Source: Lepidodermella squamata (taxonomy: Eukaryota > Animalia > Gastrotricha). From it: a DNA stretch of 64,000 nt. The stretch spans positions 1 through 64,000 of the forward strand of contig JBLDXI010000042.1 in the NCBI GenBank assembly GCA_047495785.1, in the 5' to 3' direction. The stretch's first letter is position 1, and every line of letters begins with the position of its first letter. The position numbers were made by a program, and so were the translations under genes. Shown here one piece after another: positions 49,801-61,519 of the stretch. The notes under the pieces were generated by a model. It was not told the DNA's origin and ran no database searches. It was given only the letters and a program-made list of their open reading frames with translations.

Positions 49801-50826
49801 TTTGTGATGTTATCGAACCGACTTGACCCCTCAACAGGGATGGGCTAATGGATCAAATACGGTACCTGTGTCATATTGGTCGCAATGCAAGGCGTTGATC
49901 GACAGCCGAGAAACGACCGGTCGCTTTGAAGGAAACAGCGATTGTGCGGCAGAAAATCGACGTCATTGCGTTTAACTAAATCAAATGTAATTTTTGAATT
50001 TATCTAAAGCCTCAATTTCTTTCAATGTCCAACTTACGATTTTCTTGAGCCATACAAGAGAGTGTTGTCGACCAATAGCCTACCACATTCTACGAAGAGA
50101 ATACATACAAAATGATGTTGATAATTTGATAAGACCGAATTTCCTAAAAATAGATTAAGTGGAAAGTATTAATTGCGGTACTTACTCCGCCAGTTGGGCA
50201 GGAGCCATTGACTGGGATGCAGGTTCGCTGACCATTTTTGTCGCAAAGCGTTGCTTGAACATTCTACATGACAAACTTACCAGTTTTACTCCAAAACTTT
50301 CAAGCAAATGCTCACCATGAAATTTTTGATTGCTGACCTACACAGCTTGTACTGCGTTTCAAAGTTAGTGCCCAGGTATTCAGCATTCTGAGCATATGAA
50401 GAATAAATTGCTGAAATTACTGAAGTTTTCAAACCTAACCATAACTTCCTCGGCCAAGCTTGGAACAGCCCAAGTTGCGGGGAATACAACGCATGTTGAT
50501 TGTTTTGTAGTTGAAGCAGCTTCGAGCTGACTGAAATACACCCAAATCAATATCGATTTAGGATGGAAAATCGCATAATCTTACCCCATCTAAGCAACTT
50601 GCGGATGACGGCAAAGGGAGTCCGAGCTGAAAAAAATCTGTTAACGAAAATCGATAATGTCATAGAGAATTTCCCTTGCCTGAACTTCGTCGAGGAGAGA
50701 ACAGGCCGTTTTACAACCAGTGAAGCTATCATTGAGCCGAGAGAAGCAGCGCTTGTAGTCGGCTGAGTAAGCCAAACCAGCTATTCCCAGTAAGAAAATA
50801 ATGCGGGTAAATGTTAATGTAGCCAT
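46894..50826 (-). pseudogene. Lectin gene H: signal peptide + 10 modules + CTLD, with a 4-nt frameshifting insertion in exon 3
   Basis: Starts MATLTFTRIIFLLGIAGLAYSADYKRCF; collinear with B and D. Exon 3 reads TCC AAG cttg GCC GAG GAA GTT ATG versus TCA AAG ACC GAT GAA GTT ATG in paralogs. Terminal exon 46894-47392 is open. Confidence 0.75.
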
Positions 50827-50934
50827 TTATTCAAAAATCGCTTGAAATGAAAAAATTCACAAATGATGGTGGGCGTTACACTTCTCCTTTAAACAATTTG
50901 AGCCCGAGTTTTTATTGCGATCAAAAGATATTGC

Positions 50935-51335
50935 TGCCAAATATGAACTGTCGGTGTTTTATCGTAAAATTACAATGCTTGAGATCGTGCGATTTTGAAA
51001 ATATGGCGCAAAAATCTAAAACATGTGCTTTTGATTACGCAACGGTCTATTATTGGCTGGGACGAGGTCGCGCCCCTGTTCCTGACCGCACATGCACTCA
51101 GGAGAGATAGTGGCCAACACATTGATTTCTCCTAGTTTCTACGCCACAGCAAAAAATGAACTGTCCACTTTTTATCGCTGAATCGCAAGATCGTGTGACC
51201 TTGAGTGCAAACAGCTCTAATAAAATGTAAAACTGGTCATTTTTTTAGCCATGGTAAAACTGGGACGAGGTCACGAACCAGTTTCTGACCACATGCACTC
51301 AGCCCAGCTGGTAGCCAACACATTGATTTGCGTAA
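50935..51335. repeat. Degenerate ~200-bp tandem duplication upstream of gene H
   Basis: CTGGGACGAGGTC...CACATGCACTCAG...GCCAACACATTGATTT at 51058 and 51260; ATGAACTGTC...AGATCGTG at ~50943 and ~51156. Confidence 0.65.
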
Positions 51336-51353
51336 TTTTTCATGTGCGAATTA

Positions 51354-51599
51354 TTTTGCGCAAGTATGGAGGCTTTGTGGCGATGAATCATCGTTGTTCG
51401 TTCGCAGAAAACGCTAAACAAAATTCAAAATAAATTGTTTTCAACTTATTTGGATCTGGAACCCTCATATTTTAATCGCTACGAATTTTCGAAATAAATT
51501 CACCTTCATAAACAATTTGAAATTTTTAGCGTTGTCTGAGAACGAACGACGATGATTCATCGCCACAAAGCCTCTCGGATTTCAAAACTTGCGCAAAAT
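51354..51599. mobile_element. Hairpin MITE, with a partial inverted copy at 51643-51722
   Basis: ATTTTGCGCAAG..GAGGCTTTGTGGCGATGAATCATCG..TTCGTTC is inverted at 51540-51599. Confidence 0.7.
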
Positions 51600-52127
51600 C
51601 GCTCTTACAACTCTGTTTTTCAGTAATAATTTATTAACACTATTTCAAAATAAATTGTTTTTAAAGGCGAATTTATTTCGAAAATTTGTAGCGATCAAAA
51701 TATGAGGGTCCCAGATCTAAATCAGGTGTCAAAACGGTTTTTACTGCAGGAAGATGAGATAATCCCCTGCCATGTGGCGCCCTTAGTGTTACATTTTTCT
51801 GATAGCGAGTGAGCACTTTATCGTCCCTTTGGACGCTGCTGAAAGCGTCAAGTGCTAAGTGGAATGTTTCAGTTCTTTGGCTTTAGGGTTAACAGCGAGC
51901 AGCGAGACGCGCTTCAAACTTTCACTCCTCTGAGATTTCGCTTGATTTTATTTTAAGGCTTCTAGATTGCAATCAGGACTGAGTTCACGCCTAAAAATGC
52001 CCTTTAAAACAATGATTCGTGTCTCCTTCAAGGTTTTTTCAGTTAATGGTTACAGCCAAAAATTGAGTAATTGTCTTTTGTTATTAGCTCACTTGGAAGA
52101 TCCAATAACTATTTGGGGAACATATTT

Positions 52128-53425
52128 TTACTCATCGACGAAAATATCTGGCAGTGGATAACCGAGTAGTTTATAATCAACCTCATAATATTTCATCATA
52201 ACACGGCGTAGCAAATCAGCCGGAACGTCTTTTAAATACTGCTTATTCTCATCAGAAAAGCGTTTTTTCGGTTCAGGTAACAACGGCACATGTTGGCTGC
52301 CAGTGAGGCGTTTCGCAACGTAGCGCATGTCACAGTTGAAGTCGTCCATCGAGCCGATGAAATCGTAGTCGAACGCGCAGAAGTGGCACGTCCGGTGCTG
52401 CGGCAACCAGTGCGGATCGGTGACTAGAATCGCGTCTTCGATCATTGCCGGTATTTCGGTCTCGTCCAGATAGCGTAGGAAATCGGTCAGTGATATTGGA
52501 CCAGCTTTGAAAACTTGATCCATCGTTGCGTTGGGGTGAAAATGACGGAATATCTTCGAACGCGATACCTATTAAGAAAATAAATTTATTTATTAATTAT
52601 TCCATAAATAAAAGAATTTTCATTTTCCAAAAAAAGAAATTTTTTGAAATATGGAAAGCCATTTCTTCAGATTTGCAAGGAAAAGGAAAGCAAACATTTT
52701 CAAGCAGAAAAATAAAAACATTTCTCACCAGTGTATTGTTAACCGTTGAGAAAATTCGATTGCGCCAAGCCGATAGAAATCGCTCGAGTGGCTCGCGAAT
52801 GAAAACGAATTTGAAGTAGCTATCGAGAACTTGTTTTCGCTCCTCGCGCGTGTAGTTATCCAAAGGCCGCAGAAATTCAAATGGGAAACTTGGGTGAAAC
52901 ACCTTGACCATAGATTTCTCCTCGTAAATATAGCCCGGATTGTCACTCGAGGCATTCGACATCAAGCTGACAAGGTAATTTCGAATATTCGCATTGCCAA
53001 CCTTTCGAGTTCTATTGAAATCGAAAATTGAATGAAAAATTTCGACAAATTTCAGAAACTAACGCGCAATAAATGCCATTCAACTTTTCGCTAGCCAAAA
53101 TATTTCTCCAGATGAATTTGCGATCACACTCGAGAATGTAGGGACTGAAGGTTTCGCCTCGGTTGTAAACAGGTTCGCAAATTTTCTTCAGAACAGCAAG
53201 CCGTTCATTGGACCGTCGTAAAATAGCGTCATCGGACTAGAAACAGTGTTTGCGTTCAAACTGGAAAAAGATCAACAAAATTCATACCGGGCAATCATTT
53301 GCTTTTAGAGGTTGATGAAAGCTCAATTCGTTATTCTGTACTTTTAAAAGTATACACAGGGTGACTAAAATTGATAGGCCAATTATCGCTGAATATTTCT
53401 TCAGCCTTCTCACAACAAGAAGCAT
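52128..53425 (-). CDS. Golgi carbohydrate sulfotransferase (HNK-1ST/CHST8-14-like, Sulfotransfer_2 type), 4 exons
   Basis: Type II anchor MLLVVRRLKKYSAIIGLSILVTLCILL; 5'-PSB-like IYCATRKVGNAN; 3'-PB FIREPLERFLSAW; DPHWLPQHRTCHFCAFDYDFIGSMDDF; YEVDYKLLGYPLP. Confidence 0.85.
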
Positions 53426-53870
53426 TTTTCGTAAATTAATAGTGGAAAAAATATTATTTTACTGTTTTACGATCATTTCTTAGCGCACGTGCTGTTGAAA
53501 TAGTGAATAGACTTATTTTTTGATCAATAAATATTAATGAATGAAAGAATGCTCGTAAAATTGCGCTGGATAAAATTGATTCCGATTTTGCGATTTTCTA
53601 TAACCCTAATTAATTTTAAAATATCAGTAAAAATAAGGAATAAAGGTGTAGAAAATTTCTTTATTGTCTTCAGGAATTTCATGAGCCAGATATATGTCGG
53701 ATATTAATCTAGCGGCGATGTCACACTTCAGACTTTCTTTTGGAGGCGATGGAATAACGACCGGAAGCGTAGTTTATATGAGAGAAGAACAATGCCTGTG
53801 ACAGCCACGGCAACAGCTTATACACGTGGCTGGCAAAACAAAACACGTTTATTTAACTCGGCATTTATGA

Positions 53871-55488
53871 ATGAATTTAAAGCGAATAACATCTCGCTTT
53901 ATTCTCATACTATCTATTGTGCTCAACATTTTACTATTGCTAGCATTTATTCAACCGAGTCGAAAATTTAAAATATACTCGAATAATGGCAGCAATTTCA
54001 CGAATTTTACTACAACCGGAATCGATTGGATCGACAAATTTCTTCGAGCCAGTCCGAAAGATTCTTTAAGAATTTTAATGCCGGAAAATAGGACAAATGT
54101 TGGCTTGGCAGCGGACGAAAAATGCGGCCTCGTTACTGGTAATCGAATCATCCTGACCTTTGGCTCGCACGGTCCTTACCTGGACCAGGCCGAGACTCAT
54201 TGCGCAAAAGCTGTCGGAATTCGAGGCATCGATGCTTGTATTGTGGCGAATTCAAAAATCATGGATGAGAGCTTCCGGTCTCGAAATCAGGAGAAAATAC
54301 TGAGCGCAAAACGAGGGGCTGGTTATTGGCTGTGGAAGCCGTATTTAATTTTCAAGTTTTTGGTCGAACTGCCCGAGGAAGATCAACTTTTGTACATGGA
54401 TGGCGACAAAATGCTAGTCAGAAATTTGGAAGAATTCGCCTGTCTTCAAGTAAGTAAAATTCAAGTTTTGGGGGCATTTTACTGCCCTGTTACCGGGGCC
54501 GAATTTACGGTGAGCGAAACCTTATTTGCGGCAGCGGAACCAAACTTGAAATGTTCTATATCACTGATATCACTTGTCGGTTATTTCTTGTGGGTCAAAT
54601 ATTTATCACAATAATTCTACAAGAATACCTCCCGTATATTCAGCGTAACATTCTGAGCGTAAGACAGATTGAATAAATCACTCATGCTTCGACTAAAATT
54701 CGCAGAATTATTCACCAATTAAATATTGGTAGATTTCGACTTTGGTTCCGCAATTTGTACATTTTCTTCCACTACACATTTTTGGTTCCGCTACTGTAAA
54801 TATGCTTCCGCTGAAAAATCTTTCGATTTTCAAGAATTCGGAAGGCTACAATTCGCCTTCGCCTTTGGAAACCAAACAACCAAACAAATACAGAAAAATG
54901 TTAAATTCGTATAATTTATTCTTAATATTATGAATTATTTTTTCCAAAATAAATTGTCTCATTAATGAATTTTGTATATTCAAATTTTCATAGGCTGAGT
55001 TGAGGCAGCCTGTTGTACTATTTTACCAAGAATACATCGATCAGTTATGGACGAAGGCTGATGCGTATTTCCTGATGAACGTTGAAACTCTACTACCCAG
55101 AATTGCCGAAACAATGCAGGTCTACGGCGCGTATTTAATGCTTCGTAAATCGCAGGAGTCTCTTCGATTCATCTCAGAATGGCTGGCCTACGCCCAGGAT
55201 GAGCGACTCATCGACGATCTGCCTAGCTTCACGCGGCAGGAATTGCCTGGCTTTGTCGAGCATCGCCATGATCAATCGATCCTCAGCCTGCTGTCGAAAA
55301 AGTGGAACCTCACAACATGGCCGAGTCCTGAAGCGATTTATTTTGATGAAATTCCGCACGATAAGGATAGAAACGGAGCTGTAGTGACAAGCTACAACCC
55401 GCTTGATGTTGCGAAGTTGAAAACTTCAGGATTCACTGTTCCGACCGAAGGACAGCTTATCCGACAGGGTCAGATGATAAGAATTTGA
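53871..55488 (+). CDS. Type II membrane putative glycosyltransferase (RGAGYWLWKP / DxD / HRHDQS family), 2 exons (intron ~54450-54993)
   Basis: N-terminal TM; motifs RGAGYWLWKPYLI, LLYMDGD, WTKAD, FVEHRHDQSILSLL; donor CAA|GTAAGT and acceptor TCATAG|GCT are in frame. Confidence 0.75.
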
Positions 55489-55669
55489 AAGAAGTCGCAA
55501 ACTTAGCCAAATTCAGATCGTTTATTCCAAAATTTCTGCCATCATTGAAATTTTATCATTTCGTTGAAATCGCATCTTTGATCGAATAAATATATTTGCA
55601 GATAATCGCAAATTCGAATCATCACATCATCAGTTCATAGTCCGTTATGCTATTCTGTCTGTGCAGACA

Positions 55670-56162
55670 TCAGAACGTCTCACAGGTAATACTGTTCGTA
55701 ACTGAATTGTAGCAACCCGCTCCTTCCAGCTTGCAGATAGAAGCCGTTGAATCGAAGTAGAAAACGGCACAGTGAAGTTGGGCGGGGTAACTGAACCAAT
55801 CTTCCTCGACAACGGTGTACAGCGTTCCATCCCACCACGCCGCGCCATTTCCAAAGTTAGACATTCCCACCCATGAGCGAGTAACGCTTTTGTCAACGCT
55901 CAGCTGCCTCGCTTTAGCCATGTCGGCACTTGTTTTCGGCATCGAAATACGACCATTATTATTAGAACATAATGGAATAGCCATTGTTATCATCATTGGC
56001 ACTTCACCTTGCGCAATGAAGAACTGCTTGGAGGTATTCAGACAGGTTGATGAGCTGAGGAACACAGTCTTAGGTGGAAAGCGATTAGCTGTTATCGAGC
56101 AACCCCCGGTGTTACTCAACTGGCAGTTGACGGATCCATCGGCCTCTTCGCAACGGTGATAA
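55670..56162 (-). CDS. Lectin gene I: terminal exon only (module 10 + CTLD); upstream exons not in the window
   Basis: Acceptor TTTTGCAG|T TAT CAC CGT TGC; YHRCEEADGSVNC..RFPP..RISMPKTS..WVGM..WWDGT..ITCETF* is homologous to the G/H terminal exons. Confidence 0.8.
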
Positions 56163-56990
56163 CTGCAAAAATAAGGATCTTATCAATGTTGGAAACATTT
56201 TTCATATAATTAAAAAAAGGATGCAAAAGGGTTGCTGTTTGTCCTTACAGGGCTCGAAGGTAGGGGCTCGAAGCCTTAAACCCAAGGGGGACTCTTATGT
56301 TTTCATTTCCTGCCCCTTGGGAAACTTGAGCGATGTAAGGGGGACCCTTTCGGTGAAATTCCCATCTTCTACACTGGTTTAAATGAAAAACGGGGTTCCG
56401 AAACCGCAGTCAATTTTTTTGGGGTTTTGGGGAAGTGCAAGGGCCCAAAAAACGAACTTTGTAAACACCTAAGACTCGAACTACCCTAACCCTAAACCTA
56501 ACCCGAACACTGACCCGAACCCTAATCCCTATACCCAATTCCAAGTCATCTTTTGGCTGAAAAACACGATTTTATGAAAAGATTATGTATGAAAGGTAAT
56601 TTTGTCATACATAAATATGTATGAACCCTGAGCAGCAAGTGCACGTTTTTTGCGAAATACTGCGAAGTTCCAGTTAAAATTGCCAGAAACTGGCAAGTTC
56701 AGCCCAGTGCATGCATTTGCGCCACGTTAACTGGAATTGGCAGAAAATACTGGGTTTGGATCACGGAATACTAGACTGTGTCAAAAAACTTTGCAACTTT
56801 TGCCAGTGGAAAATAAAATAGAAAGTAACTGGACAGTTTTTATTGAGCTTTTAGTCGATTCACGCAGTTTTGAAAATTACTGCGAGTTTACAGTATTAAG
56901 TTACTCACAAGTCACAAGTTCACAAGACTACGCGAAAAAGTTGATTTCACTCATTTTTCGGAGTCTAGTTTTTCGAAGAAATTCACAAAG

Positions 56991-59516
56991 TTAAAACACC
57001 GACTGAATACTATTGTCATAATTGAGTGGAATAAAAGTCAATTGAGAGACATTTTTCTCGGCACTCCAACGCGCTACGCCTTTATTAAAGTTGGGGAAAT
57101 TTGATCCTCGGATGACGAAGAATTCGGACGGGTGTGGCTGGCGTATATATACGTTAAAATATCGGCGATCAGTAGCATAGGTGCGTCCGCCAAAAAATAA
57201 GCTTGATTCGTACTCGAAAATGCGTTCGATGAAAAACAGGCTATCGTCTGAAAATTTGATAATATAGTCACACCTTCGAGAAGATGGAATGGATTGCCGC
57301 GCTTCGATTGTCAACTTTTTGTGATGTTTTTCGCAAGACAAGAAAAATTGAGCCTGGCTTTGAGTGCTTGATAGGACATCAATCTTGGCCAAAGCTTCTA
57401 CTTCTCTGCAATTAGAAAATGAAAAAGAAAATGAATAAATCGACTTTAATTAGACCGGTTATATGATTCGATAAGCATATACAATAAAATGGATTCTAAT
57501 CCAACTTGGCCTAGTAACATCCGATTTTGAAGTGGCTAATATAATATGGATAGCATTGAAGGTGTCAAACCTAACTGCGAGAGACGAATTTCGAGAGCCC
57601 CAGCGAGAGCAAAACCAGCCATCAATAGTAATTGGTTGCTTTCTTCTTTTCAGCTTCTTGATCAACGAAGCAGATAGCTGCACACATGCATTGAGCCCTT
57701 CAGGTAGAATGTTGCCCACGGCTAGAATGCGTCCGAATGAATCGACGATCTGTTTTGAAATCGCCTGTATCATGTTATCATCAAAAAGATGAGTTTTTGA
57801 ATACGAAATTTAACAAACTTGTGACCCGTGAGCATATTTCTTGAAGACACCATTCAAATGCTCGAAAGCATAGAGGTCTGACGCCCACAAAGGCCCAGCT
57901 GCTTCGCAATCGTCAGCTAAATGAAGCATGCCATGAACAACAGAAACCATGTGACGGATCCCGTAAAGTCTCTCCCAGTCGGAAACAAAAAGCCTCAAAT
58001 TACGGCGGCAATCTTCAATAAAAGGTACCGCATTTTTACTCGAAAGAAGCATAATGCATTCTCGGAAGCTCATCATGTGATAGAAGCTCTCCCAATTCAG
58101 AAAAGCCGATAAAACAAGAGGAAGAAGGTAATACAGCCATGCGCGGAAGTCATTAGCTTTGAAGTAACTCAGCTGGTCAGGATTCCGCGGAAATCGTCGA
58201 ATTTCAGCCGGATAAACAACCTTCTTTAAAGATGAGTCGATTTGAGAAATTTTGGGTACAATGCTGAAGCGGCTCTGCTTTTGAGTCTTCGTGAAGATAA
58301 TAGTAGTGAAGTAGCGTTTTACTACACCGAGATCGGCAGAATGCATGCGATCAATGAGGACATCCGATATAGGATTGAAGGAGCTAAGGCAAAGAAACAC
58401 GCAAACGCCGATAATTCCTTGTTGAACGCATTGCATCTCAAATGCATCCTTTGCGCATCGAATGAAATCTTCCCTAACTCTGACTGTCATACTTTCCTCG
58501 AAGCGATAAACGAAATGTTTCTTTTTATTGACAAGTACCGTAGCTCCGCTCTGATCGCATTTATGGCAAGCGTTAAAGCCATTGAATTGTTTCATGGCCA
58601 AAATAGGAGCACGAGCGATCGTATCGACACATATAGGAAATAAGAAAAGTTTTGAAAAATACTGGATATTTTCATGATCAGTCCACGGTACGCCATGATT
58701 CTCATATGGTACAATCTCTTTCAGGATAGGGAATAGAAACTCTTTCATGGACCTGGGCTTGGAAGGGCCGCCCCAAATTCCACAAAAAATCGGATTACAA
58801 GCGCGCAATATATAAGGCAACTCGTTTAATAAGGCATAAACAGGCCATAGAGAGAAATTGGACGATTCGAAAAATGGGACACCATCAGTGCTGAACGACA
58901 ATGATAAGCTATCTGATAGCCCGAAGCTTTCGGCCAATTCTTGATACCTCTTGCCGGAATAAATATCACCCTGTAAACCGGCAAGTGTTCCATTCTGTCG
59001 CTGCTGAAGATTGATAGACACTATTTTAGCCAGTTTTCGATTTGAGAGAATGCGCTGTAGCTGATCGACTATACTGAGAGTAAAAAATTTTCCACCTTCA
59101 TGTTCAACAACTTCGACGTCGGATTCAAATTTCTTTTCAAATGTTCGAATATCTCTTGGGAGATTTGAATCGGGTTTGAAATTATTCCACAAGGCTAAGA
59201 GCTCGCTTTTTTTATTTTTCGGCAGACCAGCTGACATCGAAAATAGTTCCAGAGCGACAGCTTCTTCGTCGAAAGCTTCCCGAATTTCATCGTAGCTTTC
59301 GAGTTCGGATGAGAAGTATTGATCTGGTATTTGATTTAACCAAGGATTTACCACGGTTGGGTTAATGTTTTCTATAGTTTGAGGTGTCTTCGCCTTTTTA
59401 GTGACACCCAACGTCCAGCCAAGATAAGGCCCTCGACGTTTATCAGCTTTGACTGTTGGTAGCATACACGCCGCAACAAGAAGAAAGATCAGCTCGAAAA
59501 TAGTGACAATTGCCAT
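56991..59516 (-). CDS. CMC/EnSpm-type DDE transposase (3 exons)
   Basis: STDGVPFFESSNFSLWP, GIWGGPSKP, CVDTIARA, FNGFNACHKC, IDRMHSADLGV, FKANDFR, VHGMLHL..GPLW..YAFEHLNG. Intron after HGSQ (57818) resumes AISKQI. The last intron's boundaries are uncertain. Confidence 0.85.
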
Positions 59517-61519
59517 AAAAAGACAACCAAGTATTATTGAAAATTTCTAGAATATAGGAATTGATCAAGTTGATCAAATTTTGAAATTGAAACTTGATAT
59601 AAAATCCAGCGTTTCGATCGCGATTCATGATCCCTGAAACCTGGTCCAGTTCAGCTAATAGCTAACACAGGTCTATAAACAACCGAGGCAAATTCGCCAA
59701 ATTTTAAATCTATCAAAATGCCAGCGTCCGCTCGGATTTTTGCCAAATTTCATGAAACTTATGAACTTATGAAATTTCATGAAGAATAGTAATTTGAATG
59801 ATGGGGAATTTTACATTTTTACTTAGATTGTCTAGATTCGACGAATGCCTGAAACATTTAATCTTGTGGCGAATGGCCTTGGCCCGTTGATTAGGCGAAA
59901 AGCCGAAAAATCTTTTAAATTATCATCTCGCTCAAAATGTATAGCACATTTTTCGCGTATTCGAATGTAATATCTACTTGATTTCACCTTAAGGCAGAAT
60001 GTTCTAAAAAAATGCTAACTTTTCTTTCAACGAAAAAACCATTCATATAATAAAGTTGCCGAGTCTTGCAAATTTCTAATGGTGGCATTATTTCATATAA
60101 AATTTTCGAGGTAGTAAAGGCTCAAGGGAACTCCAGGTGGTAAAAATAAATTTAACAATATAATACGGTATATTTAGGAAAATATGATAAAATTCGCAAC
60201 GTAAAAAATAATTCTAAAAAATATTTCGCAACGTAAAGGCTACTGGTTACTCGAAATGGCATAATTTTTACAATTTTGAAAAATACACAGAAATGCATTC
60301 CATTTTTTACGTAAGTTTCACGTAAGTTTAAAGTAATTATTTACTAAAGTAAAAGTAAAATAAAACGGTTTGGATTATTTTCTGCATGCTAATCTCCGCT
60401 GTGACGTTTTTCCGCCGTAGATTTTCGGCCAATTTAATCACCTCCTGCTGCGTCCCTGAAATTTCTACCGTAAAATTTCACGTGATAAGAATCCGGTTTC
60501 ATTACGCCGACATAGCTGGGACGATACAACGCCGAAGGGACTACGGCCCAACTGCATCTTAAAAATTCATGAAAAATACGGCAAGGATCGATCGACGAAA
60601 ACTTGAATTGAATTTACCTAACCATTGACTCCATATTTTGATGAATTATTTTTCTAAGATTTTTATAACGACCATGATGAAATAAAAATGCTGAAAGCCA
60701 TAAACTGATAATCGAGGTGCATCGCTGAGAATAGTCAAAAAGTATAGAAAAATCGCAAAAAACTAATTCAATGCTGAAATTCGACGAACTGTATGAACAT
60801 TCATGGCCGTCGATTAACAGGTTTCCAGCTTAAATCACCTCATCTTCAGGAACCGGGCATATGCCTCCACCCTCCACTGCATTTTCGCTTAAATTTTTCA
60901 ATCATGCTGTGAACGCTGCCAGATCGGCTTTGTTTCTGAACCCATCGCCGCTCCTCCTGTCAACAGTTATTAGGCCTTATGGGATATTTAGAATAAATTC
61001 AGAAAATTCGGCAGCCAATTAAATTAATTTTGACTAAATCATTAACCTTGAACCGGTGGTGCTAATTTTGCCGAAAATAACCTATCCTCAAAACCAAGAG
61101 TTGAGCATAATTCGAGTGATAAGAGTGATAAGAAAAAATGAAATTATCGGAGAAAAAAAGTCGATTCAGCTGCTCAAGCGAATAGAATGATTTTTCTACA
61201 TTTTTTAATTCACAGCAAACTCACGTTTATTCAGCGCTGAAATAGGTACGAGGCGCGGGAAGCCGTGATAAATGTTGATAAAATATGGAGGCGCAAGAAA
61301 ACAGGAACAGTGTTACCTGATTGATGATGAAAATTTCAAGAATTATGCAAAAATAATGTCAAGCATTGAGAGTTGCGTTGTTTTTCGCCCTTGATTATTG
61401 CGTAATTTTTGGATTAGTATTTAAAACAGCTGCTGTGTGCAGAAATAATTTTCAAATACACAATTTTTCGAATTATTCTTTGGCATTTTTTCGAGGACTT
61501 TTTGCGGTTTTTTTTCGCA

